A stretch of DNA of 64,000 bases from an uncultured Gammaproteobacteria bacterium. GTDB lineage: Bacteria; Patescibacteriota; Patescibacteriia; JAHIZJ01. Positions 9,070-17,893 of the stretch are shown here, piece by piece. The notes under the pieces are model-generated. The model worked only from the letters and a program-made list of their open reading frames with translations. It was not told where the DNA came from and made no database searches. Location of the stretch: assembly GCA_964371245.1 (NCBI GenBank), contig CAYJKP010000002.1, forward strand, positions 102,960 to 166,959, in the 5' to 3' direction. The first letter of the stretch is position 1. Each line of letters begins with the position of its first letter. The position numbers were made by a program, and so were the translations under genes.

Positions 9070-9897
9070 TTACTTGCCAATGATCGCTTTTACCTGGGCT
9101 TCAAGCGACGCGTATGAAACTGCGCCACCGAGCTCGGTTCCGTTCAAGAAATTCCCCGGCGTACCCTGGACACCGTTGCTCGTTCCGACGGTCGTATCGT
9201 TTGTGACGACGCTGGCCGTTGTCTTATTGGTGATACAATCATTAAATTGTGTCGCGTTCAAGCCAAGATCCTTGGCAATCTGTTTGTACAGATCGGTGCC
9301 AAGCGTCGCCTGATTTTCATACAACTTGTCGCTATATTGCCAGAAAACGTCGTTGCCTTTTTGTTTGGCGGCACACTCGGCGGCAATGGCGGCCGGCGTC
9401 GCCTCAGGGTGAAAGCTCAGTGGAAAATTCTTGAACACCCAGCGGACATCATTCGGATATGCCTTCATCAGCTGTACCATCGTTTCATGAAACTTCTCGC
9501 AATACGGGCATTGGAAGTCCGACCATTCGAGAATCGTCACTTTGGCGTCTTTGTTGCCACGAACATGGTCCGTGTCGGCAATGGCATAGTCGGTGGTCAG
9601 TGGCGCGCTCGGTGCGGAATTTGTATTGGTGTTGGCATTTGCACCGGCGACTACCTTGTTGGCGTTGTTCGTGTTGCTATTTTTTGCGGCTGTTTCGGGG
9701 AAACCGCCTTTAAAATATACGCCCAGCATGATAAAAAATCCGATTGAAAACAAAAGCATCATTCCGCCGACTAAACCAAAGATAAAGCTGGCTTTGGCAG
9801 ATAAGTTGGCGAAAATGCCTTTTACGCCTGATGGGCCAGACGGATTTTCTGGTCGGTCTTGACCGTGATAACCTTCAGCATATTGCATAGTACGCAT
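9070..9897 (-). CDS. DsbA-family thiol-disulfide oxidoreductase (CPYC)
   Basis: DHVRG, EWSDFQCPYC, NFPLSFHP, GTPGNFLNG. Confidence 0.92.
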   Translation of the reverse strand: MRTMQYAEGYHGQDRPENPSGPSGVKGIFANLSAKASFIFGLVGGMMLLFSIGFFIMLGVYFKGGFPETAAKNSNTNNANKVVAGANANTNTNSAPSAPLTTDYAIADTDHVRGNKDAKVTILEWSDFQCPYCEKFHETMVQLMKAYPNDVRWVFKNFPLSFHPEATPAAIAAECAAKQKGNDVFWQYSDKLYENQATLGTDLYKQIAKDLGLNATQFNDCITNKTTASVVTNDTTVGTSNGVQGTPGNFLNGTELGGAVSYASLEAQVKAIIGK

Positions 9898-9938
9898 TCT
9901 CCTTTAAATTAAGAGTTAAGCGGCGTAACTAATTGTTT

Positions 9939-9967
9939 ATAGTACGTGAATTTTATTAACTTGTCAA
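9939..9967 (-). promoter_or_regulatory. Sigma70 promoter upstream of the dsbA pair
   Basis: TTGACA-17-TACTAT. Confidence 0.6.
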
Positions 9968-10075
9968 ATAGATTTTTCTCCACAGTCCGCCTGTTTGCCA
10001 AACCCTCAGCTCACTTTCAGCTTTCGTATAAAAAAATAACAAAAAATGAGCCCGCATTAACATTTTTTGTTTGAG

Positions 10076-10609
10076 TTACTTTTTACGATACTTACGTATG
10101 ACGATAACAATTGCCGCCGCGCCGAGTAACGGCCAGACGATCATGAAAATGGTAAGATACAGCGTGCTCTTTTTTTGCAGGCCATTACCCTCCTGTTCAG
10201 GGTGCGCCAGATACTCATAATATCGGTCAAGGACTTCCTGGGGTGAATCGCAACGCACGGCTTGGCACTGAATGATTGTGTTCTCAATCTCGCTTGTGAT
10301 GGCGGCGCTATACCCGACATATACGTTTTTTCCGGCAAAGACGGTCGGCGTCTGTCGACTCGGCATCTGATAGAGTGTCAGTAGATCTTCAAAAATTGCC
10401 CGGTTATCTGAATCTGTGCTCACGTCAAAGGTCGCTAAAATGATACCATATTTATTTTTGAAGCCGGACAGCGTATCGTCCATCGATTGGCAGCTCGGGC
10501 AACCGCTTTCATAGAAATAAAATACTTCCACCGTTTCTTTCGCCTGGGCGGGTCGAACTGAGAGTGCCGCCGCCACGACGATGAGACTGATGAGTAGGTA
10601 TTTCTTCAT
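10076..10609 (-). CDS. Exported thioredoxin/glutaredoxin-fold protein (CPSC) with C-terminal anchor
   Basis: Signal peptide; FYESGCPSC; TPTVF; C-terminal TM followed by basic tail. Confidence 0.8.
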   Translation of the reverse strand: MKKYLLISLIVVAAALSVRPAQAKETVEVFYFYESGCPSCQSMDDTLSGFKNKYGIILATFDVSTDSDNRAIFEDLLTLYQMPSRQTPTVFAGKNVYVGYSAAITSEIENTIIQCQAVRCDSPQEVLDRYYEYLAHPEQEGNGLQKKSTLYLTIFMIVWPLLGAAAIVIVIRKYRKK

Positions 10610-10610
10610 C

Positions 10611-12290
10611 TTAAAAACGGACTACTTGTTTAGGTTGCAGTGGATGCGTCTGGTCGTTCCGGCGAGGCGGTTGCGTTGGCTGAGGCCTCGGTCGCTGGTT
10701 ATTGTTCGGCTTATTCTTGGGACGTTGGTTCGGTGCGGGTGGCGGACCGGGACGTTTCATTTGCTTAAACAATACCGGCTCTTGCTTGAGCGCCGTCTGC
10801 AAGCTGATCGCCTGTGGGACCGCCGGCCCGTCTTCGACAATTTGAACGCCCGTTTCTTCGTCAGCATCGTTGCTGGCCAGATTTATTCTCACCCGTTGAT
10901 GATCACCGTTTGGTCTCGGCTGGACGTCGTTCCGCGGTCGACTGTTGGCTGGGGTCGTCTCGTTCTGGTCTTCATCATCGTCGCCGTTCTCGGTCGGTTC
11001 AATGCCGGCCCAACGGGATATTTTTTCCTCAACCACTTGGCGGGCGGTTGAATACCGTTCCCGGGAAACCTTGATAATTTTTTCATGAGTCTCTTCTGCC
11101 TCGGCCGTATAGAGCGGTGGCAGCCCTCGGGCGGAAAACGGCTCCGAGGCAACGCCATCAATCATGAGCTTGAGATACATTTCAAACTTGGTCAGATTAA
11201 CAAGATCGTTTTGCATGAAAACAGGCTCGAACTCCTTTTCGAGAAACTCAGCGTCAGCGGCGCCCACCCGGAAACAGACTAAGGTACCGACGTTCCCGAA
11301 AACCGCCGCCTGAACCGTTTCATCAAGCTGCTCAATATATTGATGGGCAATAATCAGATCAAGCCGATATTTTCGGGCTTCGGACAGGATATTCGCAAAG
11401 CTTTCCGTGGCAAAATTCTGAAACTCATCGACGTACAGAAAGAAATCGCGGCGCTCTAATTCCGGCATATCGACCCGACTCATCGCGGCGAGCTGGAGTT
11501 TTGTGATCATCATCGCGCCAAGCAAGGCCGCATTATCCTCGCCAATCCGTCCTTTTGACAGATTCAGCAAGAGGATTTTCCCGCTGTCCATAATATCGCG
11601 CATGTCAATCGAGCTTTTTGTTTGACCGACAATATTTCGGATGATCGAGCTCGATAAAAATTGCCCGACTTTGTTCTGGATCGGAGAAATCGCCTCGGTC
11701 CGAAATTGATTGCTATAAGCGGCATATTCATCAAGCCAAAACGCCTTGAGGATCGGATCGGTTAGGCGGGTGACAACTTTTTTTCGGTATTTGTTATCGA
11801 CGAGCAGACGAGTGATGCCGAGCAGAGTTGAGCCGGGGTACTCAAGCAACGATAAAACCGTGTTACGGAGTACATACTCCAACCGCGGGCCCCAGGAGTC
11901 CGCCCAGATTTTTTTGAAAACGCCCACCAATCCCGAGGCCACGAGGTGTCGGTGAACGGGATTCACGGATTCCAGGACGTTAAAGGCGATCGGATAATCA
12001 ATATCAGCCGGATTGAAATAGATCACGTCGTTCGTTCGATTAGCCGGAATAAAATCAAGGAGTTTTTCGACCAGGTCGCCGTGCGGATCCACGACCGCGA
12101 GCCCGTGACCGGCCTGGATGTCGGAAACGATCATGTTCTCGAGCAGCGTCGTTTTTCCCATTCCGGTTTTTCCGATGACATACATGTGCCGGCGCCGATC
12201 ATCCAGTTTAATGCCAAAACGCCGTTTTTGATTACGGAAGTTTGTTTCTCCAAAAAGGGTAATATAGTTTTTTGGCTCGGGCATTGTCAT
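10611..12290 (-). CDS. VirD4/TrwB/HerA-like ATPase (T4SS coupling protein-like)
   Basis: RRRHMYVIGKTGMGKT, DPHGDL, LYVDEFQNF, EARKYRL..AHQY. Confidence 0.88.
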   Translation of the reverse strand: MTMPEPKNYITLFGETNFRNQKRRFGIKLDDRRRHMYVIGKTGMGKTTLLENMIVSDIQAGHGLAVVDPHGDLVEKLLDFIPANRTNDVIYFNPADIDYPIAFNVLESVNPVHRHLVASGLVGVFKKIWADSWGPRLEYVLRNTVLSLLEYPGSTLLGITRLLVDNKYRKKVVTRLTDPILKAFWLDEYAAYSNQFRTEAISPIQNKVGQFLSSSIIRNIVGQTKSSIDMRDIMDSGKILLLNLSKGRIGEDNAALLGAMMITKLQLAAMSRVDMPELERRDFFLYVDEFQNFATESFANILSEARKYRLDLIIAHQYIEQLDETVQAAVFGNVGTLVCFRVGAADAEFLEKEFEPVFMQNDLVNLTKFEMYLKLMIDGVASEPFSARGLPPLYTAEAEETHEKIIKVSRERYSTARQVVEEKISRWAGIEPTENGDDDEDQNETTPANSRPRNDVQPRPNGDHQRVRINLASNDADEETGVQIVEDGPAVPQAISLQTALKQEPVLFKQMKRPGPPPAPNQRPKNKPNNNQRPRPQPTQPPRRNDQTHPLQPKQVVRF

Positions 12291-12293
12291 AGG

Positions 12294-13814
12294 CTAGGCA
12301 AAAGGCAAATTGGGTGGCGGTTGACCAGCCGGCGGTTTCGATGGTTCGGCCGGAGGCGGGGTGGCTGGGACAGCAGTCGGCGGCACAGCAAAAGGCGGCG
12401 GTGTTTGCGGCTGGGGCGTAGCCGGCAGAGCTGCTGGTGGCGCCTGTTGAGGTTGCGTCGGCAGGGAGGTTGGCGGTGGCGCGGCCGGGGTGACAGATGG
12501 CTGGAAGGGCCGAAACGGTGAGCCAAATTCATGCATCGGTAAGCCGGCCGGCGGTTCGCCGCGTTTGCTTTCGATCTTGCTCACCAGAGGCGCTTTCACG
12601 GTTAAAACCGGGAAGTGGAAAATGGTCGCCAGCTCCTCGATATTCATAATAATACCTTTTCCGGCCAGGCGCTGTTTATAGGTTTTCATCAACCGCCGCT
12701 GACGACGGGCCAGGCGAGCTTTATTAAAGAAGATGAAATTACTTTTTGTAAAAGTAACCTTGTCAGGCTTGAAGCTGTTCATATTCACGGTCGCGAATTG
12801 ATTTAAGGCACCAAAAATTGCGTTGATACCAGTTCCTTTGTTCGTCAGCGCCTTTTCAGCCAAATAGCAATAGCGGAATTTCGTTTCATAGGCACGCTTC
12901 GCCATTTTCACCTGCATCGCTTCAACAATCCCCTTTTCGCCGGGCGTCAGCTGCATCATCCAGTTTTTCGGCTTAGTCTGTTCCGGCCTGGTTTCGCCCG
13001 GGGCAAAGAGCGAGGCAGTCAAGGTTTCATAGGTTCCCTTGGCTACTCCACCGACCGGCCCGAGGAGTGGCTTGGCTTTGCTTTGTTCACCGATCATTTT
13101 ATTGATAATTGTACGGCCTTGCTCCATCCAGCCAGTCGAATCAATCGGCCGGATAACAAGCTGGATCCAAATCTGCTCGCCCTGCCTGAGCTTGCCTAAT
13201 ATTTCCAGCAAGCCCGCCATCGGATCAGCAAGCTGTTGCGACAAGCTGTGCTCAAAATCGACATAGGTGCGGATTGGAAACGCATTCGGCTTTGAAAACA
13301 CAATGCTCGATCCGTAGAGATCATATTTATCGTTCGGGAATTTATCCGGTGAGCCTTTCGTATAATCATCGACCTCGGTAATAACGGAGTCGGGATATTG
13401 GGCATAGAAAGCGGACTCGACCAGATCACGGAACTGCACCGGCGTCCGGATCATAAATTGAATATATCCGCTGATGCTGGCCAGCTCGAGACTAAGGGTT
13501 AACTGGACCTTCCCTTTAAAATATTTCTCGATAATGTTCGGTTTTGAGAGTATGCCCGAAAACTGCGCGTAGATTTGTTCAATCGCTTTCAGATTCGGCT
13601 CGATTTCCCGCGGGACGTCAATGGCCAAGAGGACAAACTTCTGCGAGGCGATAAATCTTTGTTTGAGCGTCAGCTGCCAATACGAAATGCCGATGACAAA
13701 GATTGAGGCGACTAACATCACCCACCCGCCACTAATAAAAAACTGCCAGAAGTAACCGAAGGGCAGGAGACTCCCAATAACTGAAGGCTCACTGACGTCA
13801 ATCACGAATGGCAT
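12294..13814 (-). CDS. Conserved membrane-anchored partner of the VirD4-like ATPase, with Pro-rich tail
   Basis: One TM, 'LSLEL', 'AQYPD', 'PIRTY..F', 'NIEELATIFHFP'; stop 4 nt before the ATPase start; ATG at 13814 preferred. Confidence 0.7.
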   Translation of the reverse strand: MPFVIDVSEPSVIGSLLPFGYFWQFFISGGWVMLVASIFVIGISYWQLTLKQRFIASQKFVLLAIDVPREIEPNLKAIEQIYAQFSGILSKPNIIEKYFKGKVQLTLSLELASISGYIQFMIRTPVQFRDLVESAFYAQYPDSVITEVDDYTKGSPDKFPNDKYDLYGSSIVFSKPNAFPIRTYVDFEHSLSQQLADPMAGLLEILGKLRQGEQIWIQLVIRPIDSTGWMEQGRTIINKMIGEQSKAKPLLGPVGGVAKGTYETLTASLFAPGETRPEQTKPKNWMMQLTPGEKGIVEAMQVKMAKRAYETKFRYCYLAEKALTNKGTGINAIFGALNQFATVNMNSFKPDKVTFTKSNFIFFNKARLARRQRRLMKTYKQRLAGKGIIMNIEELATIFHFPVLTVKAPLVSKIESKRGEPPAGLPMHEFGSPFRPFQPSVTPAAPPPTSLPTQPQQAPPAALPATPQPQTPPPFAVPPTAVPATPPPAEPSKPPAGQPPPNLPFA

Positions 13815-13851
13815 AAAACATACGTATAATTGTGGTTTAGGTGTTTGTTTC

Positions 13852-14988
13852 TTACGACTGGACTGGTTCGGCTGGCGCTTTCTCAGCGAGACGGAAGTGT
13901 CCATCCGATGTTTTCGTAAACCGTTTCTGATCGGTTAGCGCTAAATGAATGGTATTTTTTTTCACCAGCCGCTGCTTCAGGACCGCTTCGACGATTTGTT
14001 CGCGGCTCAGCGGCTCTGACGACTTCTTTAATATTTCGACGATAACGTCAGCGACGACGCCCGGCTTGTACCCCCATTCTTTCAGGGCATAAATGCCACG
14101 GCCGACGAGGACATAGCGGTCATTCAATATCAATTCGTTGTGGATGGTCGGTGGGTAGGCTTTTCGGTTGTCAAAATGAATTTTATTAATCCGTTCGGCA
14201 ATCTTCGTAAAATGCATCGGCTTGCCTTCTTTTTTCAGAATCAAGTATATCTTATCGTTCATCCGCCGCGGTACGATCGTGCCCCATTCGCTTAAGCCGT
14301 AGTCGCCAAAGGGATTGCGACTAATTTTCTGGCTCATGGTGGCGTACCCGATGAGTGCCTGGTCGTTCGCCTCCGGCTCGCTTGGCCCGGCTGGGTGCTT
14401 CTGCCGGTAGGATTGGATCAATTCTTTTTCAGTCATCGGCTCGCCCTTGGCCGTAATGTTGGCGACCAGCCGGTCGATCACCTGACGCACCTGCTCAAGC
14501 GAACAGGTCGGAAGATACCAGGAAGCGCAAAAATAATCATTCTCTGGCTGGGCGATGAATTGCTTCGTCAACAGCCGAGAGAGGATGAACATCACCGACT
14601 GCCGGGCGATCGGCGTATCAGTCGAAAATTCAAAAAGTTGCTCGAGGAGTCGATCTTTTGAGATAGCCCCGCCGTCCCGTTCGATCACGGTTTTAATCGT
14701 TTGATCAATCGGCTCGATCAGTTCCCGAAAGTTCTTTAAACCGCGAATTTTTTTCACGGCTGTGCTTTCGATTTGCCGGATCCGTTCTCGAGTCAAGTTA
14801 TAGAATTGGCCGATTTCCTCCAACGTCTGCTTTGTTTTGCCATTCAACCCATACCGGCGTCGCAAGACGTCTTCTTCTTTGTTCGTGAGCAATTTCAAGA
14901 GCGCAGCCACTGCCTCGGGCGGGTTGAATTCGCGCATTTGTTCAGTCTGCTTGCTGAGAATTACTTTGTCGAGAATTGAATCTTCCAT
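13852..14988 (-). CDS. Sigma70 region-4-like HTH protein with C-terminal winged-helix (HARE-HTH/RpoE-like) domains
   Basis: 'LRRRYGL..KQTLEEIGQFYNLTRERIRQIE'; 'PMHF..IA..I', 'YVLVGRGIYAL.EWG'; no sigma region 2; ATG at 14988 preferred. Confidence 0.82.
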   Translation of the reverse strand: MEDSILDKVILSKQTEQMREFNPPEAVAALLKLLTNKEEDVLRRRYGLNGKTKQTLEEIGQFYNLTRERIRQIESTAVKKIRGLKNFRELIEPIDQTIKTVIERDGGAISKDRLLEQLFEFSTDTPIARQSVMFILSRLLTKQFIAQPENDYFCASWYLPTCSLEQVRQVIDRLVANITAKGEPMTEKELIQSYRQKHPAGPSEPEANDQALIGYATMSQKISRNPFGDYGLSEWGTIVPRRMNDKIYLILKKEGKPMHFTKIAERINKIHFDNRKAYPPTIHNELILNDRYVLVGRGIYALKEWGYKPGVVADVIVEILKKSSEPLSREQIVEAVLKQRLVKKNTIHLALTDQKRFTKTSDGHFRLAEKAPAEPVQS

Positions 14989-15086
14989 AAAAATGTATTT
15001 TTTTCCCAAATATTGAAGCAAAAACGGCAATGAACGATATTACTATACTTTTGGTACTCTGTCAACAATATTTCTCCTCTATCATT

Positions 15087-15115
15087 AGTATAGCATAACA
15101 TTGATAAAGTGTCAA
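15087..15115 (-). promoter_or_regulatory. Sigma70 promoter; a second candidate has its -35 at 15060-15065
   Basis: TTGACA-17 (ending TGC)-TATACT. Confidence 0.6.
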
Positions 15116-15170
15116 GCTTTTGTATTCAAATATAAAATTGCCTTCTTGGCAACTTGAATATCAGACTTTC

Positions 15171-16079
15171 CTATCTTGCTTGGCGCCGCGTTTTCAATTT
15201 TTGCCAAACCACCAGGAGCGGGCTGGCCACAAAGATCGATGAATACGTTCCGGCGATGATTCCGATGATCATGGCAAAGACAAACCACCGAATAGAGTCG
15301 CCGCCGAAAAAATAGAGGGCGGTAAGGACGAAGAGTGTGGTTAATGATGTGTTGAGTGAGCGAGCCAGAGTCTGGTTGATCGCTTGATTGATTGTTTCCT
15401 CAAAATTATTGGCCGCGCCACGCAACATATTTTCCCTGATTCGATCGAAGACGACGATCGTGTCATGGACGGAAAAGCCAAGGATCGTTAAGAGGGCGGT
15501 GATAAAGAGCGCGCCCACCTCAACCTGATAGACGTAGCCGAGAAAAGCGTAGACGCCGAGAATGACAATCATATCGTGCACCAAGGCGATCACGGCTGCC
15601 ACGCCCATAACCCAGCTCGGGATGATCGTCGTTTTTGATATTTTCCGAAAAGCGATGGTGATATAGATGATGATTCCAAGCATGACAAAAATTACGGCTT
15701 GGACGGCGCGGGACTGTAATTCCTTGCCGATCGTCGGTCCAACCGATTCAAAGCTTTCTTCTTGAACATTGCCATAGGCCTGGTTCAGTCCATCAAGGAG
15801 GGCGGCCCGTTTCTCATTATCGATTGTTTGGGATCGGATCGTTATTCCTTGATCTCCCGAGGGTTGGATGGACTCGGTTGGCAAACCTAGCTCTTTTAGT
15901 TTTGCTTGGAGATCCTGGGGACTCGGTCGATTGGCAGAAAAATTTAGCTGCCAGATCGTACCACCAGTGAAATCAATATTCGGTTTCAGGCCGCCAAGAG
16001 AAAGGAAAACGATACCAGGAACAAGAATGATGCCTGAGAGCACGAACCACCAATATTTTCTTTGGATAATTCGATACAT
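15171..16079 (-). CDS. secF: Protein translocase subunit SecF
   Basis: IDFTGG, VGPTIGKEL, GFSVHDTIVVFDRIRE, RSLNTS, GTYSSIF. Confidence 0.97.
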   Translation of the reverse strand: MYRIIQRKYWWFVLSGIILVPGIVFLSLGGLKPNIDFTGGTIWQLNFSANRPSPQDLQAKLKELGLPTESIQPSGDQGITIRSQTIDNEKRAALLDGLNQAYGNVQEESFESVGPTIGKELQSRAVQAVIFVMLGIIIYITIAFRKISKTTIIPSWVMGVAAVIALVHDMIVILGVYAFLGYVYQVEVGALFITALLTILGFSVHDTIVVFDRIRENMLRGAANNFEETINQAINQTLARSLNTSLTTLFVLTALYFFGGDSIRWFVFAMIIGIIAGTYSSIFVASPLLVVWQKLKTRRQAR

Positions 16080-17743
16080 TAGTGAAATATACCAAGTAAT
16101 CGTTTATGCTTAACCAGCCACTCGCCCGCCAACAGCCGTAACAGCGTGCGCGTAACCGTGATGGCCGTGAACATGCTGACGAGAATGCCGATCGCCAGTG
16201 TCAGAGCAAAACCTTTAATCAAGCTGGTTCCAAACCAGGTCAGAATCAAACAGGTGATCAAACTGGACGCGTTCGAATCGCGGATCGACAGCCAGGCGCG
16301 CCGGAAACCCTCTTCGATCGCGCTCGCCAACGGTTTTCCAAGGCGGATTTCTTCCTTTAAACGCTCGAAGATCAAGACATTCGCGTCAACCGCCATGCCA
16401 ATAGATAAGATGAATCCGGCCACACCAGCCAGGGTGAGCGTAACAGGCCAAAGTTTAAAAATCGCCAACGAAATAAGCGAATAGATTCCCAGAGCGATAA
16501 TCGCCAGCAAGCCCGGGAAGCGATAATAGACAATCATGAAAAAGGCGACTAACGCAATCCCGATCAAGCCGGCAAACAAGCTTTTTTGAACGGATAATTT
16601 TCCCAGCGAAGCGCCGATATTCTGTTGGTTGACTAGGCTAATCGGCACCGGCAGCGCGCCGGAGTTCAACCGTTGGGCCAGGGTTTTGGCCTCGTCGAGC
16701 GTGAAGGTACCGGTAATAACCGCTTCACCAGAATCGATTTCCGTTTCCACCCGCGGCGTGCTGATCGGCGAGCCGTCAAGATAAATGGCCACGATCTTGC
16801 CCACATTCCGCTTGGTAATTTCACCAAAGAGTTTCTTCCCTTCGTCGTTAAAAACCAGCGTCACTTGCGGCGCGCTCGTATTCGGATCAAATTGGACATC
16901 GGCCCGCTTGAGCTGTTTGCCGGTCAGTCCGGTATTCACAAACTCGGGCGTAGTCGAAGCCTCGGTTGACTCTTTCGTAAACAAAATGTGGCTGGCCTGG
17001 TCTTCAACTGTTTTTTGATCGCCCTCACCCGTTGTGCGCTCGTCGGTTTTCTTAATGATATGCCAACCGTAGCTGGTTTCGACCAGCTGCGGATAAGTTT
17101 CACCGACCTTCATATTATCAAAAACGACGTTTTCAAATTCGGCCACCATTGTCCCTTTAGCGAAATAACCAAGGTCGCCGCCAGTCTCGCTCGTGGAAGT
17201 ATCTTGGGAATACTGTTTCGCCAGCGCCGCAAAATCTGCATTTGGCGCCAAGGCCAATTGTAATACTTCCTCGGCTTTTTTCTTTTGTTCGGCATTTAAG
17301 GCCTCGATCGCCTTTTTTTGTTCGTCGGTCAGTGGTTCAGGCGCCTTCTCTTCGCGGAACTCGAGCAGCGGGGTTTCGCCGATCCGCTTGATCGCATCAT
17401 TGATATCAAAAACGCCGGCAATCTCCACAATCACCCGCCACTTGCCACCGACTTGGCTGGTTTGGATAACCGGCTCAGACACCCCAAACGCATTGATCCG
17501 GCGCTCAATCACGTCGCGCACTCCATCAACGGCGTTCTTCTGGTCGGCTTTTTGGAGCTGCGAAACATCCGCTTCGTAGACTAGCCGCGACCCGCCCTGG
17601 AGATCAAGGCCGAGCTGAACGTTGCCCCGAACCCAATTGCCGATTTTCAGATCCGGACTCTTCGGAAAATCAAAATAGCCGGCGGCTAAAGCCAGCGCGA
17701 GAATAATACCGAATGTCATCCAAACCTTCTTCCGTGGAGTCAT
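16079..17743 (-). CDS. secD: Protein translocase subunit SecD with inserted parvulin-type PPIase domain
   Basis: LGLDLQGG, GVSEP, LNSGALP, GMAVDANVLIFER; insert with 'FAALAKQYSQD..GGDLG..EFE..GWHII'. Confidence 0.96.
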   Translation of the reverse strand: MTPRKKVWMTFGIILALALAAGYFDFPKSPDLKIGNWVRGNVQLGLDLQGGSRLVYEADVSQLQKADQKNAVDGVRDVIERRINAFGVSEPVIQTSQVGGKWRVIVEIAGVFDINDAIKRIGETPLLEFREEKAPEPLTDEQKKAIEALNAEQKKKAEEVLQLALAPNADFAALAKQYSQDTSTSETGGDLGYFAKGTMVAEFENVVFDNMKVGETYPQLVETSYGWHIIKKTDERTTGEGDQKTVEDQASHILFTKESTEASTTPEFVNTGLTGKQLKRADVQFDPNTSAPQVTLVFNDEGKKLFGEITKRNVGKIVAIYLDGSPISTPRVETEIDSGEAVITGTFTLDEAKTLAQRLNSGALPVPISLVNQQNIGASLGKLSVQKSLFAGLIGIALVAFFMIVYYRFPGLLAIIALGIYSLISLAIFKLWPVTLTLAGVAGFILSIGMAVDANVLIFERLKEEIRLGKPLASAIEEGFRRAWLSIRDSNASSLITCLILTWFGTSLIKGFALTLAIGILVSMFTAITVTRTLLRLLAGEWLVKHKRLLGIFH

Positions 17744-17836
17744 ACTAAAGAATTATAGCATATAGAATATATTTCACAACCGGCCAATAATCTGGAGATT
17801 TTTACGTTTTCTTAACGATACCAGTAACCGCATCCA

Positions 17837-17854
17837 CCCCGGCATGCGCCGGGG
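17837..17854. repeat. REP-like GC hairpin
   Basis: CCCCGGC-ATGC-GCCGGGG, intergenic. Confidence 0.4.
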
Positions 17855-17893
17855 CAGGCTTCCACCCATTCCAAAGTTTTGTTTCCTTAATAA

